Positions 1-8,900 of a DNA stretch of 64,000 nucleotides are shown one piece after another. This DNA comes from Promethearchaeota archaeon (GTDB lineage: Archaea > Asgardarchaeota > Lokiarchaeia > Sigyniarchaeales > SOKP01). The stretch's first letter is position 1; the number at the start of each line of letters is the position of its first letter. Location of the stretch: assembly GCA_016926735.1 (NCBI GenBank), contig JAFGOA010000014.1, forward strand, positions 28,112-92,111, written 5' to 3'. A program made the position numbers and the translations under genes. Under the pieces are notes generated by a model, which was not told the DNA's origin, did not search any database, and saw only the letters and a list, made by a program, of their open reading frames with translations.

Positions 1-582
1 CCTCCTCTGCAAGAATCCGATTGGGAGCTAAATCTTCTTGAGTTACTAAAACTCGTTCTGTTCCATTTATTATAAAATATCCACCAGGATCTAAAGGATC
101 TTCTCCTTTATTTATTAATTCTTGTTCTGAAATATGTTCTAATGGACATCGACAACTTTTCAACATTATTGGAATTTTACCAATATATATTTCAAGAGTC
201 TCTTCAGGTTCTTCTCTTTGAGTTCTTTCATCGATAGTAATTGGAGTCATTTCTAAAGTTATGTCTGCAGCATAACTTAGTTCTCGAATTCTAGCTTCAA
301 TTGGAGTTATCTCCATTGTAGCGCCGTCAGCTTCTCGAACTTTTGGTTTTCCTACATTTATTTTACCGAATTTGATTTTAAAGCCGGGTATTTCCTGTAA
401 AATCATGAAATATGATTTAATATATCAGGTACAACTTCCCCGCTTTCATCAACTATTTGTTGCATTTCATTTTCGATAAAATCATTATATGAATCCAAAT
501 GTTGTCGAACTAAGCCTTTTTCATCAAATAGACTCTTAAGTACTACCCATTTATCCTCATTAGATAATTTTTCAATGCTCAT
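1..582 (-). CDS. rpoB: DNA-directed RNA polymerase subunit B (Rpo2), 5' part, truncated by window edge; two exons 582-424 and 391-<1
   Basis: Manual translation from ATG at 582: MSIEKLSNEDKWVVLKSLFDEKGLVRQHLDSYNDFIE...EVVPD, then after a 32-nt insert IPGFKIKFGKI...EARIRELSYAA...GKIPIMLKS...GEDPLDPGGYFIINGTERV. These are conserved RpoB N-terminal motifs, directly downstream of rpoH. Absent from the supplied ORF track. Confidence 0.95.
392..423 (-). other. Putative 32-nt BHB intron in rpoB mRNA
   Basis: Transcript reads GUA CCUG AU^A UAUUAAAUCAU AUUUC AUGAUUUUA CAGG AA^A UAC. Outer helix GUA/UAC, central 4-bp helix CCUG/CAGG, two 3-nt bulges (AUA, AAA), inner hairpin AAAUCAU/AUGAUUU. Unspliced frame hits TGA; canonical cleavage gives in-frame V-P-D-I-P-G-F. 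Confidence 0.85.
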
Positions 583-625
583 AGTATTATCCTAATTAGA
601 TTAAATTAATTAAAAAGAAAAGTCT

Positions 626-883
626 TTAAACCTTTTCTTTAATGACAAATCTGTAATAATATATTTGAGAGACTGTTGTATCAGAATCTCTTATAATTTT
701 AATAACATCTCCTTCTTTTGCTCCAATTGCAATCGCAACTGGATCTTTCTCAAATATTTGGGGAAGATCTGTTAATTGAATTTTATATTTTGCTAACAGA
801 TCTTCAGTCTCAGATTTAGTTAAAAGAATATGCTTCGGTACTAATTTATGAAGAAGCACATCCACTCTTTTTTTCTTAGTCAA
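626..883 (-). CDS. rpoH: DNA-directed RNA polymerase subunit H (Rpo5)
   Basis: HKLVPKH...LPQIFEKDPVA...GDVIKIIRDS...YYRFV motifs; TTG start with GAGGAT SD-like site (890-895, minus); upstream of rpoB. Confidence 0.97.
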   Translation of the reverse strand: MTKKKRVDVLLHKLVPKHILLTKSETEDLLAKYKIQLTDLPQIFEKDPVAIAIGAKEGDVIKIIRDSDTTVSQIYYYRFVIKEKV

Positions 884-949
884 GGAAATATCCTCATTTT
901 AAAATTAATATTAATAAGAATGTATTTCTAAAAAGTTTTTTTATTTTAT
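861..949. repeat. Left copy of 89-bp direct repeat bounding the island (rpoH upstream region plus first ~8 codons)
   Basis: Ungapped alignment to 41909-41997 (offset 41048), 6 mismatches in 89 bp by manual count. Confidence 0.93.
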
Positions 950-1185
950 TTATTTCGAGGTTTTTTTTTAACTTATTTAATTCTAAAATTCTTGGTGGAA
1001 AAAATCTTTATTTTCTGTAATTGGTATAAAAATTAAGAAGAGATATATTTTATAATATTAAGCTATACTATTAATCAATTGATTTCAGAGAATAAATAGA
1101 TTCCAAATAGTATCGAAATCTTATCAGATATAAAAAAAAAAAAAAATATAAAAAAAAATATACAAATCTAGTTTGTAAAATTACC

Positions 1186-2112
1186 TTAGTTTTGAATATC
1201 TCTGTTCTTAAAATATAAAAATCCTGAAAATAGAATGCATAATCCCATTGTAAGCACTATTATAAAAGAGATTATTGGATGGACATAATTGGTTTCAACT
1301 GGAACTGATCCTGAATATTTCGCTATTCCCATTGTCATAACATGTTGAAGTAGATCAGGTGAAAGATTGAGTACTCCCTTTAACATGGAGTAAAGGAGAT
1401 TTACAAAATGATAATGAATATCAACCCAATATAAATAAAATTGTTCATAAGGGGGATTCCCATCGGATGAGACTAAAAGGAACATTTTCATAAATGGAAA
1501 TATGAGAAAAAATACCATTAAAATCATCAATGGGATGAAAAGAGCATTTCTAGGTTTAGACACTAAGCACGAGATACCTATAGTAACACTTTGAAATATA
1601 AAGAGTACCAGTGTCCAATTCAAAAGATTTATTATATAAAAGAGAAAGATATCTTGGAATGGAAATCTCAAATATATGCTTATACATATAATACTTAGAG
1701 ATGATGATATTATTATTAATCCAAATATAAGACTCGCAAAAAACTTAGATAGAAATATATTCCTTCTTGAAATGGGATAGCTTACTAAGGTGAGCATTGT
1801 ACCTTGGTTAACTTCCGCAGAGATTAAAGGAGCACTATTTAAAGATATAATAATCAGTAATGTAGGCATATAGATAAGATAAAAAACGAGGAAAAATGTT
1901 CCTTCCATAATCGAGGAATTAGTAGTCAATCCATTAGTATCGATACTAAAAGCTAATATTATAGGAATAAATAAGAGTACTAGTATTCCCCCTATTAATC
2001 TTGGAAGTGTGCCTATATCCCCAAATAATGTCTTCTTAAAAATTTCAATTGTAGGATTCGATTTTCCCCTATTGGTTAGCTCGAATTGTTCTGTGTTTGT
2101 ATTTTCTGTCAT
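1186..2112 (-). CDS. ABC-2 type transporter permease
   Basis: About 6 TM segments; ISAEVNQGTMLTLVSYPISRRNIFLSKF signature; 2 bp downstream of the ATPase gene. Confidence 0.9.
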   Translation of the reverse strand: MTENTNTEQFELTNRGKSNPTIEIFKKTLFGDIGTLPRLIGGILVLLFIPIILAFSIDTNGLTTNSSIMEGTFFLVFYLIYMPTLLIIISLNSAPLISAEVNQGTMLTLVSYPISRRNIFLSKFFASLIFGLIIISSSLSIICISIYLRFPFQDIFLFYIINLLNWTLVLFIFQSVTIGISCLVSKPRNALFIPLMILMVFFLIFPFMKMFLLVSSDGNPPYEQFYLYWVDIHYHFVNLLYSMLKGVLNLSPDLLQHVMTMGIAKYSGSVPVETNYVHPIISFIIVLTMGLCILFSGFLYFKNRDIQN

Positions 2113-2114
2113 AA

Positions 2115-3095
2115 TTATATCCCCCTAAAATTATCATTCATCATTTCTAAAAATATATCTTCTAAAGTGAACTCCTCTTGGGAAAATTTCTCTAATAAGA
2201 TGTTATTATTAATGAGGATTTTCGGTACTTTTTGCTTTAGTGTATGAGTATCGCTAGGGATAATATGAATATTTAGACCTCGAGCATCAATCCATACTTT
2301 TTCAATAAACTCCTGATTTTCTAAGAGCTTTAACGCTTCTTTGTTTGAGTTAGTATTTAATATATATACATTATTTGCTTTTGAGTGCGTTTCTTTAATA
2401 TTTTCAATTTTATTTGTAAGCACAATTTTCCCTTTATTGATAATCGTGATATAATCGCACATTTGCTCAATCTCAGATAATACATGGCTTGACACAAAAA
2501 CACAAATATTTTTTGATAGTGCTCGAATTTCTTTAATAATCTCAGCACGACCTACGGGATCTAGATTTGAAGTAGGCTCATCTAAAATAAGCACGTGTGG
2601 TTCTTTTATTAACGCCGAAGCTAAAGCTATTTTCTGCTTCATCCCTCTGGAATAGGTTTTTATCTTTCTATTTTTTGCTTCTGTTAAATTAAACTGCTTT
2701 AACAACTCTTTGGTCTTTTCTATTGCTTTTTCTTTACCAAATCCGCTAACTCTCCCAAAATATTGTAGATATTGCTCTCCTGTCATTCTACCATAAAGTG
2801 CTGGATCTTGAGGGAGAAATCCTATGAACTTTTTTGCATCTTGAGATCCTGCATTATTTCCTTTTATCTTAGCTTGTCCATTTGTAATGGAAATCGCCCC
2901 AACTAGCATATTAATTGTTGATGATTTACCTGCTCCATTAGGTCCTAAAAATCCATGAACACCTTTTTTAACAAATAAATTTATCTCATCAACCGCAGTT
3001 ATTTTTTGTTCTCCTTTACCATATATTTTTGTTAGCTCTTTACTCCAAATTTCCAATGAATTTGGATTAATATTCATACTTTTTACTTTAAGCAT
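2115..3095 (-). CDS. ABC-2 type transporter ATP-binding protein
   Basis: Walker A GPNGAGKS, signature YSRGMKQK, Walker B LILDEP, H-loop SSH. Confidence 0.95.
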   Translation of the reverse strand: MLKVKSMNINPNSLEIWSKELTKIYGKGEQKITAVDEINLFVKKGVHGFLGPNGAGKSSTINMLVGAISITNGQAKIKGNNAGSQDAKKFIGFLPQDPALYGRMTGEQYLQYFGRVSGFGKEKAIEKTKELLKQFNLTEAKNRKIKTYSRGMKQKIALASALIKEPHVLILDEPTSNLDPVGRAEIIKEIRALSKNICVFVSSHVLSEIEQMCDYITIINKGKIVLTNKIENIKETHSKANNVYILNTNSNKEALKLLENQEFIEKVWIDARGLNIHIIPSDTHTLKQKVPKILINNNILLEKFSQEEFTLEDIFLEMMNDNFRGI

Positions 3096-3250
3096 AATCT
3101 TATCATGAATTTTTTTCTTTTCTTTATATTTAGTCTACAATATTATTTAAATATATAAAGAACAAAAAGTAATTTCAAATATACTCTTGTTCTTTTCTAA
3201 CACACATCATAAATGTATATTACATTACCTATATTGAAATAATTATAGCA

Positions 3251-3544
3251 TTAGACAATCAAATCTTTTATAATTTTACTAAAGATTTTCCTCTCCTTTT
3301 GAGAAATTTCCCTACTATTCGTACTAAAATTACAGTAAATATTATAATCCTCTTCCTTTGAATCCTTTAATATCCATAAGTTATCTTTTATAATTTTATT
3401 TTGTTTTGCTTCAAGAATATTTAGTAATTGATTTAACGTGTCAGGTATTTTTCTTTCATATTCCTTTTTAAAATATATCTCAGAGAAAATACCTTTAATT
3501 AATTGTATGTAAATTAATTTTTCATTTGGAATTTTAATATTCAT
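3251..3544 (-). CDS. Hypothetical protein (97 aa)
   Basis: 4-bp overlap (ATGA) with the upstream ORF suggests translational coupling; no motif recognised. Confidence 0.55.
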   Translation of the reverse strand: MNIKIPNEKLIYIQLIKGIFSEIYFKKEYERKIPDTLNQLLNILEAKQNKIIKDNLWILKDSKEEDYNIYCNFSTNSREISQKERKIFSKIIKDLIV

Positions 3545-3855
3545 AAATTCTCATCTATTTTAGTAATATTTTCAGCATTTTTCTTATCTTCCATTATATT
3601 TCTGTAATAAATTAGAAGTTCACCCATGAGACTTAGTTTACCTTCAAGTATTTCAGGACAATGTTTTTCAACGATTCTAAATGTAGTTGTAAGTGTTCTT
3701 AATATAATTTCACTAAGATCAAAAAACTTTTTGATTGTTTGTACACATAATTTTCTAATCTTAACGGGATAACTTTTCTCCTTTATTTGATAAATTCGAC
3801 ATCCCTTATCTATTAAATCCAAAGTTATCGCATCTAATTCAATTTTTGCCTTCAT
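3541..3855 (-). CDS. Hypothetical protein (104 aa)
   Basis: ORF with plausible composition, coupled to 3251-3544. Confidence 0.55.
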   Translation of the reverse strand: MKAKIELDAITLDLIDKGCRIYQIKEKSYPVKIRKLCVQTIKKFFDLSEIILRTLTTTFRIVEKHCPEILEGKLSLMGELLIYYRNIMEDKKNAENITKIDENL

Positions 3856-4078
3856 AATTTAGTCTTTTGTATTTTGGTATAATATTATGATAATTCATAA
3901 TTCGAAATATCTGATCATATAAATAGAAATACTCCTATTTAAATATTATACTTTCTCATAAATCGTATTATTGGTCTTCATAATACGTAAATATATTGAA
4001 AAGAAAAATAGAGTATTTAAATCATTAAAATTATATATTTTTTGAGAACGAATTTTAAAAATCGAGATTATAACAATA

Positions 4079-4339
4079 ATGAAGATTAAAAAACTCCTGA
4101 AATACATTGATATACTATTATTCCTCTCTAACATCGATAAGGTTGAGCTAAGGATCATTTCTGAGAAGTTCGACATCAGTTATCAAACAATCCATAGTTT
4201 AATCGAGAAATGGAAAGATGAGGGATATGTTGAGAGGAAAAGAAAGGAAATCTTAATTCTTGGTGGCGATAAGTATGAATATAAAATAACTGAGAAAGGA
4301 AAAAAGACAATTCAATTATTAAAAAGAAAATTGAACTAA
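4079..4339 (+). CDS. Winged-helix DNA-binding protein (MarR/PadR-like)
   Basis: ISEKFDISYQTIHSLIEKWKDEGYVER...YKITEKGKK wHTH pattern. Confidence 0.8.
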   Translation: MKIKKLLKYIDILLFLSNIDKVELRIISEKFDISYQTIHSLIEKWKDEGYVERKRKEILILGGDKYEYKITEKGKKTIQLLKRKLN

Positions 4340-4483
4340 TCTTTCTTATATCTAATATTTAAAATTAATAAGCAAACCACATTGAAAAAAAAGCTAATAA
4401 TGCTTAATTCTCATATAAAGTTATTCTTGTCATGATTGAAAAAAATTAAATCAGCTTCAAAAAAGTTATGAAATTTAAATAGA

Positions 4484-4681
4484 CTACTTTTTTTCTTCAA
4501 ATTTTGGAACAAACCATAATTCATATGCTTTTTTTATGCATAAACGTGCAACTTCAGTATTTTGCTTGATTCCCAGATTTTTCTTAATTTTATGAAAAAA
4601 ATCATATAATGGTTGATCATCCTTCTCTGAGAGGTTAAGTCTAATCATTATATCTGGACTTTTTTCTTTTTTTTTAGCCAT
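4484..4681 (-). CDS. Small ribbon-helix-helix-like DNA-binding protein
   Basis: IMIRLNLS beta strand followed by helices LYDFFHKIKKNLG and NTEVARLCIKKAYE; 65 aa, basic. Confidence 0.65.
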   Translation of the reverse strand: MAKKKEKSPDIMIRLNLSEKDDQPLYDFFHKIKKNLGIKQNTEVARLCIKKAYELWFVPKFEEKK

Positions 4682-4730
4682 AATTATTGAATTGTTTTTT
4701 ATTATAATAAATTTTTTGTTAATTTAGGAT

Positions 4731-4859
4731 GGTTTATTCATTTCTGTCCATTTTTATCCATTTTTATCCAAAGACTTATAAATGAAAAAATCATAGTAAT
4801 CTTAGCACGATTTTGTATAAATTATAATAATTATTAGAGAAAAGGACAGAAAGGAATAA
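4731..4859. promoter_or_regulatory. Divergent promoter region with 10-bp tandem repeats and a 20-bp inverted repeat
   Basis: TTTCTGTCCA-TTTTTATCCA-TTTTTATCCA (4741-4770) precedes a TATA-like TTATAAAT (4776-4783). 4734-4753 is inverted at 4840-4859 (18/20). Lies between divergent RHH and wHTH genes. Confidence 0.55.
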
Positions 4860-4924
4860 TCAAAGATTCTAAAAATACAGTATTGCAGTATACTCTATTC
4901 TCAATCTTAATTCAAGATTAATAG

Positions 4925-5452
4925 GTGAAAAATATGAATTTGGAATCATTTCTTGTAAAAATTAAAAGAGATTTAGACATACTAAAGATAATTAGCTTAA
5001 TATGTAATTCTAAGCAAATTACTCTTTCAGATTTAAAAAGTCAAGTCAATATTCCATATTCAACAATTTATCGATTTTTAGAATTGATGGTAAAAAATAA
5101 TTATCTTGTAAAGACTAAAAGAAGAGACAATGAAAATCCATCTAATATTTATATAATTGATACAAAATTAGAGATTTATAAAGATATAGTTGCAGAACTA
5201 TTTCATAAGAACTTATCTGGAAAATCCTCTTTTCTGGGGTATTCAATAATCAAAAAAAAGATTTTCCTTAGCCAAATTTTAGAGGAAATAAATAGTTGTC
5301 TAAAAGAATGGGTAGATAGAGTAAATAAAGAAATTGAACTTGGTAATTTAAATCATCTTTCAGTTTTAAATCACTATGCTATTATTCCCTATAATAGACT
5401 ATGGGACTATTTTGAAGAGATTGAATTCCTGAGAAAAGTAGATGGTCTCTAA
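4925..5452 (+). CDS. Winged-helix transcriptional regulator (IclR/ArsR-like N-terminal HTH)
   Basis: ITLSDLKSQVNIPYSTIYRFLELMVKNNYL HTH motif. Confidence 0.75.
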   Translation: MKNMNLESFLVKIKRDLDILKIISLICNSKQITLSDLKSQVNIPYSTIYRFLELMVKNNYLVKTKRRDNENPSNIYIIDTKLEIYKDIVAELFHKNLSGKSSFLGYSIIKKKIFLSQILEEINSCLKEWVDRVNKEIELGNLNHLSVLNHYAIIPYNRLWDYFEEIEFLRKVDGL

Positions 5453-5912
5453 TAAAAAAAGAGGAATTTTGTGTGATAAATTCGTAAAAAAATCTCTTTT
5501 TTACATAAGCATAACTGATCTTTTACACACTAATAGATTTTTTTTTATAACAGTATTCTCACTAATGGAAATTAAAATTAGTATCATTTAAATAAAATAA
5601 TATCAAAGATATATTAAAAACTGACAAAAATATTGAGAATTTCCGTACTCTTATTCTTTATAGTTATTTGAATTATGCTAGCTAATGATTATAGGCGTGA
5701 TAATTGGTACTCTATAAAATTATGTCTAATGGGAATTTATCTTATTTCTCAATGCACCTATCGAAAAAATAACGAAAATAAATTAATTAATTCCCTCTCA
5801 ATTAGTCAGCTTATCTATTTAAAAGTCATAATTATTTTATTTTTTCTTTTAAATACTACGAAATGTTATTTATTAAAAATTTAGACCAAAAATAAAAAAA
5901 TAGGTTATTGAC

Positions 5913-8900
5913 ATGGAAAAATATAGTGATAAATCAATTGTCTATAATAGGGTATCCTATCTATTTGAAAAAGAAGATAAGAAAAATTTAGAAGATCTTT
6001 CAATAGATCTAAGATTTAAAAACTCTCATCTCTCAATATATATGAATGAATTAAAGGATTCTGAAATTGATCTTAGACCATTTACAAATAAACGTCAAAT
6101 TAAGAATAATCCTATAACAATTTCCTTAGATATTAATCCTCATAAAATAAAGGAATTGCACTCAATTAAAGTTGAATTATTCGATCTTTATGATATTATC
6201 TCAGGTTATTCAATAACTATCCCTGCAACAGAATTCGCACCCTTTAAAAAATCAATTGAAATCAATATTCCAAGTATCCAACAATATCTCGACAAAATAA
6301 AATTAATTCCTATTTTTAAAAATCCAAATCCAAAGTATAAATTATATTATGATGGATATTATGGTTCTTCTCAATCTAAAAAACAAAAACAAAAACAAAA
6401 ACAAGATCAAACATCTGATATAAGTAGTGATTCTTCTAATGTTTATACTTGGTCTTCAATTTTCTTATTATTAATTCTGAGTGTTATTTTATTATTTATC
6501 AATACACCATATTATCCAATTCCCATTTTATCCATGATTTTACCAATAATTCTATTTTCAAAGAGAGACAACCATCGTAAGTATTTTATAACTGCTGTAC
6601 TTATTTTACTATTTTTAGTCTGCTTTCCAGTAATTTTTACAATAACCCCTCTAACAAATGTAAATTCCCAGAAACCTCATTTTGCAAAAGTATCATATTC
6701 ATCAGGACAAAATACTGATGATTTGAATTTTGATACATTACAATATTATAATGAACTTGAGGATCTGGGAAAAATAACGATTAATGATATAATCATTTTA
6801 AAATCTGAAACCTCCTTATCTCTTGCTCAGAGTTCCCAACAGATAGTAATTCTAATAGCACAAAATAATACAATTATTAATCCAAAATATTATGAAAAAT
6901 CATTTAATTTTAGATCTAATTACATTCAAGGTCCTAAAAAAAAAACAGATATATTAACTATAATAGATCTTAAGGATTATGATTTATTACCTGGGGAATA
7001 TAGACTTACAACATTTCTTTCTGTAAATAATTTCTACGGAGTTCAAAGGTCTGAACTTCTAACCTATAATATCTCCCTTGGAAGAGACGTATTACATATT
7101 GTTGGATCTGATCGATATAAAGAATTAGGGAAATATGGCTCTGTATATACAATTGATAATCAAGATTCTTTTACTACTTTCTATGAAGGAAGAATCTTAA
7201 ATTCAGCTGGAATTGGTGTTCAATTAGATAATATGGAATTATATTTAGAAAAGAACAATAGATATCAGAAAATTGCAACAATATCAACTAATAATCAAGG
7301 ATATTTTATTTATAATTACACTACAAAAGGATACTTTGAAGTTAATTCTCTTGCGAAAATAGAATTTGGGGGAAATGAGCTATATAATTCGTTAACACAA
7401 GAAGAATATGCTGGTCTTGAACAAAGTATTAGAGGGAAAAGGATCTTCTCTGATTTAAATGGAGATGGATATCCTGAATTTCCATATACATTAGAGGAAT
7501 TAATAAATGCATTAAACAATGCAAATCCCATAGAAATTCTATCCTTTTTCACAGAATTCAACGAGATGAGTGGAGCTTATGTGTATGATTCAATATTAAA
7601 TTATCAAGGAGAAGTATTTGGAAATGTTAATTTAAATATAGAGGGAATTCGAGATAGTGGAGCACGATTTGATGGTCTAGGAGATAAGATCTATACAAAT
7701 TCAGAATTTAAAATGGGTGATGTTAATCATGATGGGAAAATTGATATTCTCGACGCTCTTATTACCGCCCAAAATTATGTGGGGCTAAATCCAGAACCAT
7801 TTTATCCAGAACAAGCAGATGTAAACGGAGATAATAATATAGATATTCTTGATTCATTGCAAATTGCTCAATATTATGTAGGACTAATAACTGAATTTCC
7901 TAATTCAGATCCTTCAGAAATTACCTATGATAATTATGATTATATTAATTTCGGTGATATTCTCAGTAGTGATTTAGCTTATAATGATGAATTTGGACTC
8001 TCATTATGGATAAATCCAAGCAAATTTTCTTCTAATTTAAGCGAACATGGGGTAAAGAATTGTTTCTTCTCCAAAGGTGAAAATCTAGAGATTGGATTTA
8101 ACGAAAGTGGGTATTTAATGGTCTATTTGAATACAAATAATATCGAAACCATTACATATTTTGGTCAGGAAAACTCAATTCAAAAGAATTTATGGAATTA
8201 TATAGCAATTCGCTTTGAAATGGGAGATGTTGATGCTCTTATCCAAGATTCTTGGTATTTAACTGATATATACGATTCTGAGCCTTGGATAAATTATGTA
8301 TCATTAGATTTGAGTGGGGATCTTATTATAGGGGCAGAAATCAATACTTTCAGCTGTTTTGGAGGAATTATAGATGAGCTAAAGATTTATCGAGAAGCAC
8401 CTTTACATTCAGAATTAGAGGAGACCATTTATTCTATATTGAGAATTGATAGTGCGACAGCATATAACTTTCAAGATAACAATTGGCAAGATATAACTAA
8501 TGGTGAAATAATTGATGAATATATTCTATTTGAATGTAATAAAAGCAGAGATTCACTTGCTATTATAGAAAAAGTAGAATTCTATCTTTCAAATACTCCT
8601 TTAGATTATAATAATATCATAATTGATCAATGGAAACTCATAAAAGAATTTCATTATGACGCAAATAACTATAAATATATGTTGGATATAAGAGATATTC
8701 CTGATGGTGACTGGTATTTTATAATAAAAGCAATAGATAATAGAAATAATGAGATTTTTAAAACATGTGAAGTATTAGAAAATGATATTTATTTTACAAT
8801 TAGCAATTTTCAAGATAATATAAATTTCATATATCTAGGATATAATGACAAGATTAATTATAATTCACAAATAGGTTTAACAATAGATCCTTTATTTGAA

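Noticed and set aside
392-423. rpoB break as sequencing error, pseudogene or natural B''/B' split
   Set aside because: A 32-nt insert with BHB geometry and exact frame restoration at canonical cut sites is unlikely to be a random error, and the natural split of archaeal rpoB lies hundreds of codons further in. Read-level confirmation is still needed.
1132-1160. Long A tracts (also ~43980 and ~50860-50890)
   Set aside because: These are T-runs on the minus strand just after gene ends, consistent with ordinary archaeal terminators in an AT-rich genome; homopolymer lengths may also be unreliable.
3946-4176. 76-aa minus-strand ORF
   Set aside because: Overlaps the convincing wHTH gene (4079-4339) on the opposite strand; likely a shadow ORF.
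5675-5884. 69-aa ORF upstream of the giant gene
   Set aside because: No recognisable motif and low-complexity AT-rich composition; more likely promoter/UTR, though a small membrane peptide cannot be excluded.
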